Assembly (NCBI GenBank): GCA_043797125.1
Contig: JAZDPX010000017.1
Span: 23,340-87,339 of the forward strand
Length of the DNA stretch: 64,000 nucleotides
Reading direction: 5' to 3'
DNA from: Candidatus Omnitrophota bacterium
GTDB taxonomy: Bacteria; Omnitrophota; Gorgyraeia; JABMRG01; JAFGKX01
Part shown: positions 18,972-27,617 of the stretch, piece by piece
Layout of the letters: each line of letters starts with the position of its first letter
Position numbering within the stretch: position 1 is the first letter of the stretch
Position numbers and translations under genes: made by a program
Notes under the pieces: model-generated
The model's input: the letters and a program-made list of their open reading frames with translations, nothing else
Database searches by the model: none
What the model was told of the DNA's origin: nothing

Positions 18972-19002
18972 ATTCAAAATTAAAAATGCAAAATGCAAAA
19001 TT

Positions 19003-20355
19003 ATGTTCTCGAAAATATTAATTGCAAATAGAGGCGAAATAGCCCTACGGATTATCAGGGCATGCAAAGAATTGGGCATCAGGACAGTCGCGGTTTATTC
19101 AGAGGCTGATGTGAATTCTCTGCATGTCAGATTCGCCGATGAAGCTATATGCATAGGCGCCGCTAAAAGTTCGGAGAGCTATCTAAATATCCCCTCGATT
19201 ATAAGCGCCGCGGAAATCACCGATGTCGAGGCTATCCATCCCGGCTACGGTTTTCTTGCCGAGAATGCCCATTTTGCCGAAGTCTGCCAGTCATGCCAAA
19301 TCAAATTTATCGGGCCGACTGTCGAAAACATGAAATTAGTCGGAGATAAAATGGCGGCAAAACAGGCAATGAAAAAGGCGGGCCTGCCTGTTATACCCGG
19401 AAGCGATTCCATTGTTAAAGACAAGGATGAAGCCTTAAAGATTGCAAAACGTATCGGTTACCCTGTAATTATTAAAGCAGCGGGCGGCGGCGGCGGAAGG
19501 GGTATGAGAATAGCGCATAATGACATACGCCTGGCAAGCGCATTTTATATGGCGCAAAGCGAGGCTGAATCAGCCTTTGGCCTGCCTGATGTTTATATCG
19601 AGAAATACGTTGATAAACCGCGCCATGTTGAATTTCAGATTCTGGCCGATGAACATAAAAATTTGATACAACTAGGCGAAAGAGACTGCACTGTTCAAAG
19701 ACGGCATCAAAAGTTGATAGAAGAATCACCCTCGCCTGCTGTTGACGCTAAATTACAGAAAAAGATGGGCGACGCTGTCATTAAGGCGATGAAAAACATC
19801 CGCTATGTAAATGCAGGCACTGTCGAGTTTTTGCTGAATAGAAAAGGCGAATTTTATTTTATGGAGGTAAACGCCAGGATCCAGGTAGAGCACCCTGTAA
19901 CGGAAATGGTAACCGGCATCGACCTTATTAAGGAACAGCTTAAAATAGCATCCGGTGAAAAATTAAGCATAAAGCAGGAGGACGTGCGTTTCTTTGGCCA
20001 TGCTATTGAATGTAGAATTAACGCGGAAGATTCGGATAATAAATTTATGCCGTCTCCCGGGCGCATAGAGACATACCACATCCCCGGCGGCAAGGGGGTA
20101 AGGGTGGATTCTCATGTATACGTTGGTTACGACGTGCCGCCTAATTATGACTCCATGATCGGCAAATTGATAGTGCACGGCAAAAACCGAAAAGAGGCTA
20201 TTAGCATAATGCAAAGGGCTCTCGACGAATTTATTATAGAGCCGATTAAAACTACGATACCTTTCCACAGGCGCGTATTTAATGACAAAATTTTTATAGA
20301 CGCTGACATACACACAGGTTATGTTGATAAACTAATCGGTGAACCGGAGGCTTAG
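19003..20355 (+). CDS. accC: Biotin carboxylase.
   Basis: '[16 protein letters not shown]' start and ATP-grasp motifs. The track start at 18958 overlaps accB and an AT-rich repeat. Confidence 0.85.
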   Translation: MFSKILIANRGEIALRIIRACKELGIRTVAVYSEADVNSLHVRFADEAICIGAAKSSESYLNIPSIISAAEITDVEAIHPGYGFLAENAHFAEVCQSCQIKFIGPTVENMKLVGDKMAAKQAMKKAGLPVIPGSDSIVKDKDEALKIAKRIGYPVIIKAAGGGGGRGMRIAHNDIRLASAFYMAQSEAESAFGLPDVYIEKYVDKPRHVEFQILADEHKNLIQLGERDCTVQRRHQKLIEESPSPAVDAKLQKKMGDAVIKAMKNIRYVNAGTVEFLLNRKGEFYFMEVNARIQVEHPVTEMVTGIDLIKEQLKIASGEKLSIKQEDVRFFGHAIECRINAEDSDNKFMPSPGRIETYHIPGGKGVRVDSHVYVGYDVPPNYDSMIGKLIVHGKNRKEAISIMQRALDEFIIEPIKTTIPFHRRVFNDKIFIDADIHTGYVDKLIGEPEA

Positions 20356-20363
20356 CAAATCAT

Positions 20364-20750
20364 ATGTCTATGATTGAAAAGAAACGTAAAATGACCGATG
20401 TAGGCGATGTAAAAGTGCATAATGACGCAATTGTATCGATAACAAAAATCACTATTTCTAAAATCAGCGGCGTAGTCCGCATTAACAAAAGCGCGTTTAA
20501 GAATTTCCTTGAGATTATCGGCGCTGACAAGATGCTTAATATCGCCGACGGCATCAGGGTTGTGACTACAGAAAACGGCACAAAGATAGCTCTTGATATT
20601 GTGGTAGCGTACGGCGCTGACATTTCAGAGCTTGCATCCAGAGTGCAGGATGAGGTGCGCCAGGCTGTGGAACGCATGACAGGCATCACATCAGTAGAAG
20701 TTGATGTTAATGTAACTGGTGTCGAACCAGACACAGGAGGTAGCATATGA
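20364..20750 (+). CDS. Asp23/Gls24-family envelope-stress protein.
   Basis: About 128 aa with an Asp23-like pattern ('ISKISGVVRI...VVAYGADISELASRVQDEVRQAVERMTGI'). Confidence 0.6.
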   Translation: MSMIEKKRKMTDVGDVKVHNDAIVSITKITISKISGVVRINKSAFKNFLEIIGADKMLNIADGIRVVTTENGTKIALDIVVAYGADISELASRVQDEVRQAVERMTGITSVEVDVNVTGVEPDTGGSI

Positions 20751-21337
20751 GACCATTTCAAACATTAGCCATTATTTTTTATACTTTTATATTTATACTG
20801 ATCGGTGCAGGGCTTATCGCTGTTTCATGGGAGTTAATCACACTCCAGCAGGTAGAGGACCTGTATACAACGTATAACCTAGGCGCAAGCACGGGGATAG
20901 CCGGTATCGCTTTTATACTGATTGCATTGATTATTACGCATTTCACCTTTGGCGGCATTCAGAGGGAGAGGACAATAGCATTTAATACTCCTGACGGACA
21001 GGTGATTATCTCTCTTTCAGCAATAGAGAATTTTATAAAGCGCCTTGCTACCCAGACAGCTGAGATAAAAGATATGCGCTCAAACGTATTAGCGACAAAA
21101 AAGGGTGTTAATATATCAGCCAGGGTTTCTTTGTGGTCTGATGCGAATATACCGGATGTTACCGAAAGGATCCAGGGTTTAATTAAAAATAAAGTTCAGG
21201 ATATGCTTGGTATCGAAGAGCCGATAACAACAAAGGTGCATGTCGCGAAAATTGTTCATAGGGAGCCGCCTAAGTCAAAAAAGGTTTATGTTGAAGAAGA
21301 GGAGTCGTCCCCACAACCACCATATAGAAGCTTCTAG
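20747..21337 (+). CDS. Membrane protein, possibly an Asp23 anchor (AmaP-like).
   Basis: N-terminal TM pair, translationally coupled to the Asp23 gene. Confidence 0.35.
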   Translation: MRPFQTLAIIFYTFIFILIGAGLIAVSWELITLQQVEDLYTTYNLGASTGIAGIAFILIALIITHFTFGGIQRERTIAFNTPDGQVIISLSAIENFIKRLATQTAEIKDMRSNVLATKKGVNISARVSLWSDANIPDVTERIQGLIKNKVQDMLGIEEPITTKVHVAKIVHREPPKSKKVYVEEEESSPQPPYRSF

Positions 21338-21361
21338 GCGAGGAAAGGAAGGATATTAGAC

Positions 21362-22402
21362 ATGGCAAGCACAAAAAGGATCGCGTTACTTACCGGCGGC
21401 GGAGATTGCCCTGGTTTAAACGCGGTAATAAGGGCAGTTGTAAAAAAGGCATCCACATATGGTTTTGAGGCTATTGGTATTTTAGACGGCTGGAAGGGCC
21501 TGACGGAAAACAGGACAATGGCTTTAGATGAAAAAGCAATTTCAGGCATCCTTCAAAGAGGAGGCACAATACTAGGAACAAGCAGGTTTAATCCTTATAA
21601 GCAAAAAGAGAATATTGAAAAGATTAAAGCGAATTTTAGGAAACTTAAGCTCTATGCCTTAGTTGCTATCGGAGGAGATGACACTTTAGGCGTAGCTAAC
21701 AAACTTTTTTTACAGGAAAACCTACGCATGATTGGCGTGCCAAAAACAATAGACAATGACCTTTCAGCGACAGATTTCACATTCGGTTTTGATACCGCTG
21801 TCAATATAGCGACAGAGTGCCTTGACAGACTGCATACTACCGCCGAGAGCCATCATAGGGTTCTTGTTGTCGAGATTATGGGCAGGCATGCAGGATGGAT
21901 AACAATATACGCAGGTATCGCAGGCGGCGCGGACGTAGTACTTATACCAGAGTTCCCAATAGATATTGATGAGGTTGTAAAAAATATAAAATCAAGGCAG
22001 GCTAAAGGCAAAAGATTCAGCATAGTTGCGGTTGCAGAGGGCGCGAAATTTAAAACTGGCACGGAAGTCACTCAAATCAAAGAGCTTGATGCATTCGGTA
22101 ACGTACGCCTTGGCGGCATTGCACAGATGTTGGCAGATAAAATTCAAGACCTCACTAAAATCGAAACAAGGACAGTTGTGCTCGGGCATCTGCAGCGGGG
22201 CGGGACTCCTACCGCGGCAGACAGGGTGCTTAGCACAAGGTACGGCATAAAGGCCGCGGAACTTCTGCATGAGGGGAAGTTCGGGTATATGGTATGCTTA
22301 AAAGGGAATAAAATTACATCTGTAAAACTACAAAGGGCAGTTGCGAAGACAAAGACAGTCGACAGAGAACTGTATGAAATAGCGCAGGTATTCTCGGGGT
22401 GA
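21362..22402 (+). CDS. pfp: 6-phosphofructokinase, predicted PPi-dependent.
   Basis: 'GGGDCPGLNAVIR', 'GGDDT' (Asp where ATP-PFK has Gly), 'PKTIDND' (Lys where ATP-PFK has Gly), 'MGRHAGW'. Confidence 0.7.
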   Translation: MASTKRIALLTGGGDCPGLNAVIRAVVKKASTYGFEAIGILDGWKGLTENRTMALDEKAISGILQRGGTILGTSRFNPYKQKENIEKIKANFRKLKLYALVAIGGDDTLGVANKLFLQENLRMIGVPKTIDNDLSATDFTFGFDTAVNIATECLDRLHTTAESHHRVLVVEIMGRHAGWITIYAGIAGGADVVLIPEFPIDIDEVVKNIKSRQAKGKRFSIVAVAEGAKFKTGTEVTQIKELDAFGNVRLGGIAQMLADKIQDLTKIETRTVVLGHLQRGGTPTAADRVLSTRYGIKAAELLHEGKFGYMVCLKGNKITSVKLQRAVAKTKTVDRELYEIAQVFSG

Positions 22403-22413
22403 GGTGACATAAG

Positions 22414-22983
22414 ATGGCAGACAAAATAACACAGATTATAAAAGACAGCATTGCGATAAAAGAGCAAATCCTTAAAACAATGGCGCCGGATATCCATAAA
22501 GTTTCCGACGCTATTGTTAAAAGCATAAAATCCAAGGGAAAGGTAATCCTTTTCGGAAACGGCGGCAGCGCAGCGGACTCACAGCATATAGCCGCGGAAT
22601 TTGTCGGGCGTTTTAAACTCGAGCGCAGCGCGCTGGCAGCCTTGGCATTGACAACCAATACCTCAACGCTGACATCCATAGGCAACGATTACGGATACGA
22701 GGAAATATTTTCCAGGCAGGTTGAGGCCTTAGGCAATAAAGATGATATTGTAATAGCAATTTCTACAAGCGGAAATGCAAGAAATGTCATTGCCGGAATG
22801 CTTGAGGCGAAGAAGCAAAATATAAAAACCGTCGCTATGACCGGCGAAGACGGCGGCCAACTAGCGCCGCTTGCTGATATATCTTTGCTTATCCCATCAT
22901 CAAATACCGCGCGCATCCAGGAAGCGCATATTTTAATCGGCCATATTATTTGCGAGATTGTAGAAGATAAATTATTCGGTTAG
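22414..22983 (+). CDS. gmhA: Phosphoheptose isomerase (SIS domain).
   Basis: 'KVILFGNGGSAADSQHIAAEF'. Confidence 0.8.
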   Translation: MADKITQIIKDSIAIKEQILKTMAPDIHKVSDAIVKSIKSKGKVILFGNGGSAADSQHIAAEFVGRFKLERSALAALALTTNTSTLTSIGNDYGYEEIFSRQVEALGNKDDIVIAISTSGNARNVIAGMLEAKKQNIKTVAMTGEDGGQLAPLADISLLIPSSNTARIQEAHILIGHIICEIVEDKLFG

Positions 22984-22994
22984 AAAGGCTTTTT

Positions 22995-23477
22995 GTGAAT
23001 ACCTGTAAAATTATAAAACCAGAACAGCTTAAAGGGATAATTTCCGCTCATAAAAAAAACGGCAGGAAAATAGCCTTTACAAACGGCTGCTTTGACCTGC
23101 TTCACCCGGGTCATGTCAGCTACTTGACAGCTGCAAAAAAACGGTGCGACATCCTGATCGTTGCCTTAAACACAGATTCGTCGATTAGGCAAATTAAGGG
23201 TGATTTAAGGCCCATCATGAAGCTGGCGGACAGGCAAAAAGTTGTGGCAGCCCTGGAGGCTGTTGATTATGTAACATCATTTCCGCAAAAAACACCTCTA
23301 AAATTGATAAGCGAGCTTAAGCCTGATTTCGTAATAAAGGGCGGCGATTGGAAGGCGAAAGATATAATAGGCGCTGATATTGTAGCTTGCTATGGGGGCA
23401 AGGCTATAAGCGTAAATTACAAAAATGGCTACTCAAGCAGCGATATAATAAGAAAAATTGTTCAAAGACATAGATAA
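22995..23477 (+). CDS. D-glycero-beta-D-manno-heptose-1-phosphate adenylyltransferase (RfaE domain II-like cytidylyltransferase). GTG start.
   Basis: 'FTNGCFDLLHPGHVSYL' nucleotidyltransferase motif. Confidence 0.7.
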   Translation: MNTCKIIKPEQLKGIISAHKKNGRKIAFTNGCFDLLHPGHVSYLTAAKKRCDILIVALNTDSSIRQIKGDLRPIMKLADRQKVVAALEAVDYVTSFPQKTPLKLISELKPDFVIKGGDWKAKDIIGADIVACYGGKAISVNYKNGYSSSDIIRKIVQRHR

Positions 23478-23901
23478 ACAAAAAATCCTAAGAATAATAG
23501 ACGCAAATTTAAACCGCACGCGCGAAGCCTTAAGAGTATGCGAGGATATATCCAGGTTTATTCTTGAAGATAAAAGAATATCCCGCAGGCTCAAATTAAC
23601 CAGGCAAAAGGTATTTACGGTAATAAGAGATTCGGGCCTTGACTATTTAAAAATTCTTGAAAACCGAAACTCCGTCGACGATGTAGGAAAGCGCACTACA
23701 GCTGCAGAAAGCACAAGGGCTAACTGGCAGGCTGTCTTTCTTGCAAACATCGAAAGGGCGAAAGAGGCGGCGCGCGCGCTAGAAGAATTTTCAAAAATCA
23801 TAAATAAGGAATTAGCGCAGCGTTTTAAAAGAATACGCTTCACAATTTATGACATCGAAAAAGAAACTATTATCAGGTATAAGTCTTTATCCCGTACTTG
23901 A
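23458..23901 (+). CDS. Hypothetical protein of 147 aa. It overlaps both neighbours and may be a ThiE-associated N-terminal domain or a frameshift product.
   Basis: Open frame with an 'IIDANLNRTREALRVCEDISRF' motif. Overlaps rfaE2 by 20 nt and thiE by 52 nt. Confidence 0.3.
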   Translation: MFKDIDKQKILRIIDANLNRTREALRVCEDISRFILEDKRISRRLKLTRQKVFTVIRDSGLDYLKILENRNSVDDVGKRTTAAESTRANWQAVFLANIERAKEAARALEEFSKIINKELAQRFKRIRFTIYDIEKETIIRYKSLSRT

Positions 23902-24508
23902 TATAACAAGCCAAAAACAGCAACAAGCTCTTTTGAATAAAACCCGAAGCGCCTTGAAAGCAGGTATTAAGATATTGCAATTAAGGTGCAAGCGCTTTGA
24001 TGACTCATCTTTTCTGGATTTAGCTCATTGCCTAAGGCGCCTCACAAAAAATTTTGGCGCGGCTTTTATTGTTAATGACAGGATAGACATAGCCAAGCTC
24101 AGTAAAGCTGACGGGGTGCATTTAGGCCAAGATGATTTACCGGCAGCTTTCGCGCGTAAGATTTTGGGAAAAAAAGCTATTATAGGTAAATCCGCATCTA
24201 CCATAGGGCAGGCAATTGTGGCGCAGGACGATTTAGTAGATTATATAGGTTTTGGCCCGATTTTTAATACAAAGACCAAGAAAAACCAAAGCGGAGTCGG
24301 CTGCCTTCCTTTAAAACAACTGGCAGAAGAAATAAAAATCCCGGTTTTTGCAATAGGCGGCATAGATCAGAAAAATCTTGATATGGTTCTTTGCGCCGGC
24401 GGCAAAAGAATAGCTGTCTCAAGAGCCGTTTTCTCGAAACATAATATCCAAAAAACGGTTAAGGCTTTAAATTTAAGGCTTTCAAATGACACAATTAGAT
24501 TTCGCTAG
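23849..24508 (+). CDS. thiE: Thiamine-phosphate synthase.
   Basis: 'LYPVLD', 'GADGVHLGQDD', 'IGFGPIFNTKTK'. The true start is uncertain; there is no ATG near the overlap. Confidence 0.75.
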   Translation: MTSKKKLLSGISLYPVLDITSQKQQQALLNKTRSALKAGIKILQLRCKRFDDSSFLDLAHCLRRLTKNFGAAFIVNDRIDIAKLSKADGVHLGQDDLPAAFARKILGKKAIIGKSASTIGQAIVAQDDLVDYIGFGPIFNTKTKKNQSGVGCLPLKQLAEEIKIPVFAIGGIDQKNLDMVLCAGGKRIAVSRAVFSKHNIQKTVKALNLRLSNDTIRFR

Positions 24509-25754
24509 AGACAATAAGGTAACCGCGCTTATGAAAACAGCGTCTAAGGATGAGTCTGCCGGTGCGGAATTCATCAGGCGCGGTATTGCGAAAGGCAATA
24601 TAGTGCTGCCTGCCAATAAAAACCACCGTAATTTAAAAAAACCCTGCGCTATCGGTAGCGGTGTTTCCACAAAAGTTAACGCGAATATAGGCACCTCTGA
24701 AGCAGTTAATGACATCTCGTTAGAATTGAAAAAACTGCAGGTTTGTATAGAATATAAAGCGGATACGGTAATGGACCTTAGCACGGGAAAAAACCTTTCT
24801 TTAATTAGAAAAAAGATGCTTGCCAACTCGACCATCCCGCTGGGCACGGTTCCGATATACCAAACAGCAAGCGAGTTTATCAATAATGGAAAGGATATCG
24901 CAGATATTTCTGTCGAAGACATGTTTGACGTCGTGGAACAACAGGCAAAAGAGGGGGTCGATTTTTTTACAATTCACGCTGGGGTCACAAAGTCATCTGT
25001 CAAAGTGCTTGAGCAAAACAAGCGCTTAACCGGAGTGGTAAGCCGCGGCGGCGCGATAATGATGAAGTGGATTAACGCGAATAAAAAGGAAAATCCTTTT
25101 TTTAAATATTTTGACAGGCTGCTATGCATCTTGAAAACATATGACGTCACATTGAGTTTAGGGGACGGGCTGCGCCCGGGCTGTATCGCTGACGCGACAG
25201 ACAAGCCGCAGTTAAAGGAACTTTCCATTCTCGGCAGCTTAACGAAACGCGCCTTTAAGGAAGGCGTCCAGGTGATGGTCGAAGGGCCAGGGCATATTCC
25301 GATTAACGAGATCAAAAGAAACGTGGATATACAAAAAAAGCTCTGCAATGGCGCGCCATTTTACGTATTAGGCCCGTTAGTCACTGATATCGGATGCGGA
25401 TATGACCATATCACCTCAGCAATAGGCGGCGCTCTGGCAGCAAGTTTTGGCGCTGATTTTTTATGTTATGTCACTCCTTCGGAACATCTGGGGCTGCCCA
25501 GCGTTGAAGATGTCAAAGAAGGCATAATCGCGGCACGCATAGCTGCCCATGCGGCCGACATAGCTAAAAACATACCAAATGCCGACAGAAAAGATTACAG
25601 GATGTCAAAACTTCGCAAGCAAAGAAAGTGGAAACAGCAGATAGGGTTATCGTTTGACCCGAAGCGATCAGAAAAAATTTTTTCAAGGCTAAAGACAGAC
25701 ACAAAGGACGTTTGCAGCATGTGCGGCGATTTTTGTCCGATGAAGGCAACATGA
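24486..25754 (+). CDS. thiC: Phosphomethylpyrimidine synthase.
   Basis: C-terminal 'CSMCGDFCPMK' Fe-S motif and ThiC-like core. Confidence 0.8.
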   Translation: MTQLDFARDNKVTALMKTASKDESAGAEFIRRGIAKGNIVLPANKNHRNLKKPCAIGSGVSTKVNANIGTSEAVNDISLELKKLQVCIEYKADTVMDLSTGKNLSLIRKKMLANSTIPLGTVPIYQTASEFINNGKDIADISVEDMFDVVEQQAKEGVDFFTIHAGVTKSSVKVLEQNKRLTGVVSRGGAIMMKWINANKKENPFFKYFDRLLCILKTYDVTLSLGDGLRPGCIADATDKPQLKELSILGSLTKRAFKEGVQVMVEGPGHIPINEIKRNVDIQKKLCNGAPFYVLGPLVTDIGCGYDHITSAIGGALAASFGADFLCYVTPSEHLGLPSVEDVKEGIIAARIAAHAADIAKNIPNADRKDYRMSKLRKQRKWKQQIGLSFDPKRSEKIFSRLKTDTKDVCSMCGDFCPMKAT

Positions 25755-26650
25755 AGCTTTTGATAGTTGGTACTATAGCGTTTGATACTATAGAGACCCC
25801 ATTCGGGAAAAACATAAATGCCTTAGGCGGGTCAGCAACTTATGCGGCTTTAAGCGCCTCATATTTTACAGACGTAAAAATTATAAGTATTATTGGCAAC
25901 GATTTTCCCGAAAAACACATACGTTTATTCAAAGCAAAAGACATCGATGTATCGGGAATACAAATAAAAACAGGTAAAACCTTTAGGTGGGAAGGCAGCT
26001 ACCTAAAGGATTTAAATTCCGCCCAGACAATAGCGACCCATCTTAACCTGCTGGCTGAATTTGACCCGAAATTAACTATCGACGATAAAAAAAGCGCTTT
26101 TTGCCTGCTTGCAAATAATGATCCTGACCTGCAATTAAGAATCATTAAAGAATTGATTTCACCAAAAATGATTGCGGCGGATACGATTGAATTCTGGATA
26201 AGGCATAAAAGGGGCAAGCTCCTTGAGGTGATGAGGCAAGTTGACATGCTGATAATTAATGATAGCGAGGCCAAGCTTCTCGCAAAAGAAAAAAACCTTA
26301 TCGAGGCTGCGAAGAGGCTCACAGCTATGGGCGCCAAAGGCCTAATCATAAAAAAAGGCGAGCATGGCCTGTTGCTTGCCCATAAAAACAGCCTTACGCT
26401 ATGCAGCGCGTACCCTGTCCAAAGGGTATGCGACCCAACCGGCGCAGGAGATAGTTTTGCGGGCGGATTCCTTGGTTTTCTGGCAAGCCAAAAACGCTTA
26501 GACGCCAAGGCCTTCAAAAAGGCTCTAATTTACGGAACTATAATGGCATCATATAATGTTGAAGGTTTTGATATTAAGGTTTTATCGAAGCTGAACAAAA
26601 GGCTCATTGAGAAAAGATGCAGAGAGTTTAGAAGGCTTATATGGGTTTAG
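25751..26650 (+). CDS. PfkB/ribokinase-family carbohydrate kinase.
   Basis: 'DPTGAGDSFAGGFL' motif. ATGA overlap with the thiC stop. Confidence 0.7.
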   Translation: MKLLIVGTIAFDTIETPFGKNINALGGSATYAALSASYFTDVKIISIIGNDFPEKHIRLFKAKDIDVSGIQIKTGKTFRWEGSYLKDLNSAQTIATHLNLLAEFDPKLTIDDKKSAFCLLANNDPDLQLRIIKELISPKMIAADTIEFWIRHKRGKLLEVMRQVDMLIINDSEAKLLAKEKNLIEAAKRLTAMGAKGLIIKKGEHGLLLAHKNSLTLCSAYPVQRVCDPTGAGDSFAGGFLGFLASQKRLDAKAFKKALIYGTIMASYNVEGFDIKVLSKLNKRLIEKRCREFRRLIWV

Positions 26651-26708
26651 TCCCTCCAATGCTCCCATAAGGTCGCATTGTCGGGACAAAATTTGCTTCG
26701 CAAATTTT
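26650..26708 (+). repeat. Conserved ~60-nt element, copy B, immediately 5' of tRNA-Gly.
   Basis: Near-identical to 4812-4872. Contains CAAAATTTG-N5-CAAATTTTG. Confidence 0.6.
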
Positions 26709-26782
26709 GCGGGTGTGATTCTATGGTATAATGAAAGCTTCCCAAGCTTTACACGGCGGTTCGATTCCGCTCACCCGCTCCA
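26709..26782 (+). tRNA. tRNA-Gly(CCC).
   Basis: 7-bp acceptor GCGGGTG paired with CACCCGC. T-arm GGCGG-TTCGATT-CCGCT. Anticodon loop TTCCCAA. Discriminator U followed by CCA. About 80% identical to E. coli tRNA-Gly1. The D-stem has one C-U mismatch. Confidence 0.8.
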
Positions 26783-26860
26783 CGAACCACTCACAAAAAT
26801 TTCTTGTGAAATTTTTGTTCGGGTTCGTGGCAGGCCATTATAAATTTTGTGAGTGGTGAA
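26783..26860 (+). other. Nested hairpins following the tRNA; a possible terminator or processing structure.
   Basis: CCACGAACC pairs with GGTTCGTGG around ACAAAAATTT-loop-AAATTTTTGT. CCACTCACAAAA pairs with TTTTGTGAGTGG. Confidence 0.4.
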
Positions 26861-26945
26861 GTGCCCCGTACCTGAGGAAGCCCTGAACCTGAACAAAGTG
26901 AATGGTTCAGGGCTGACGAATGGTTCGGGGCAAAATAAGCAAATT

Positions 26946-27617
26946 ATGAAACTCATAGTAATATTACTTATATCCATAACCTTGACAGGTTGCGCAACAG
27001 CGCCAAGAGTCGTGACTCAAACACCCCTTCCGCATGCTGGCGAAAACGGCATTTATCATGAAGTCGCGCTAGGGGAGACAATCTGGCGCATAGCAAAATC
27101 CTATAATGTGGATGTCGCAGCAATAGCAAGGGTAAACCGGCTACAAGATACTGCAAAAATTGAGGTTGGCCAGAAGCTTTTCATACCTTTGGAAAAAATT
27201 GAATATGACATTCCGGAACAGGATATTGCTGATATTCCAAGCGAGGCAGGCTTTATCTGGCCGGTTAAGGGCAGGGTTATATCGTACTTTGGCCAAAAAA
27301 GACATAACGCTGTAAATGACGGCATTGATATATCATCATCGGATGGTGAATTGGTAGTAGCCTCAAAAGACGGGGTTGTTACTTTTTGCGACGATAAAGT
27401 GAAAGGTTTTGGCAAAACAGTTATAATTGATCATGAGAACGGCTATTCAACAGTTTACGCATATAATTCCCTGAATTTAACCAAGGCCGGAGACAGGGTA
27501 AAACAAAACCAGCCAATAGGCAAGGTAGGCAAGTCATCAAGGTCTGATAATTACGCGCTTCATTTTGAGATCAGAAAAAGACAAAAGGCAGTAAACCCGT
27601 TTTATTATTTGCCATGA
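26946..27617 (+). CDS. NlpD-like lipoprotein with LysM and M23 peptidase domains.
   Basis: Lipobox 'LTGC'. LysM 'YHEVALGETIWRIAKSYNV'. M23 'GIDISS...HFEIR'. I chose the ATG at 26946; the track start at 26853 lies inside the hairpin region. Confidence 0.75.
   Translation: MKLIVILLISITLTGCATAPRVVTQTPLPHAGENGIYHEVALGETIWRIAKSYNVDVAAIARVNRLQDTAKIEVGQKLFIPLEKIEYDIPEQDIADIPSEAGFIWPVKGRVISYFGQKRHNAVNDGIDISSSDGELVVASKDGVVTFCDDKVKGFGKTVIIDHENGYSTVYAYNSLNLTKAGDRVKQNQPIGKVGKSSRSDNYALHFEIRKRQKAVNPFYYLP

Noticed and set aside
18958-19002. Track start of accC at 18958, with N-terminal extension [15 protein letters not shown].
   Set aside because: The extension overlaps the accB stop and is made of the AT-rich intergenic repeat. 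The conserved biotin carboxylase N-terminus [12 protein letters not shown] begins at 19003.
22026-22685. ORFs 21992-22270(-), 22026-22250(+), 22144-22497(-) and 22314-22685(-) around the pfp/gmhA junction.
   Set aside because: They overlap well-supported pfp and gmhA coding sequence. No independent evidence.
23000-23460. TPP riboswitch upstream of thiE/thiC.
   Set aside because: No CTGAGA / ACCTGATCTGGATAATGCCAGCG-like core was seen. The region is coding (rfaE2).
26853-26945. Track start of the NlpD-like gene at 26853.
   Set aside because: This region forms strong hairpins downstream of the tRNA. The lipoprotein signal peptide with its lipobox begins at the ATG at 26946.
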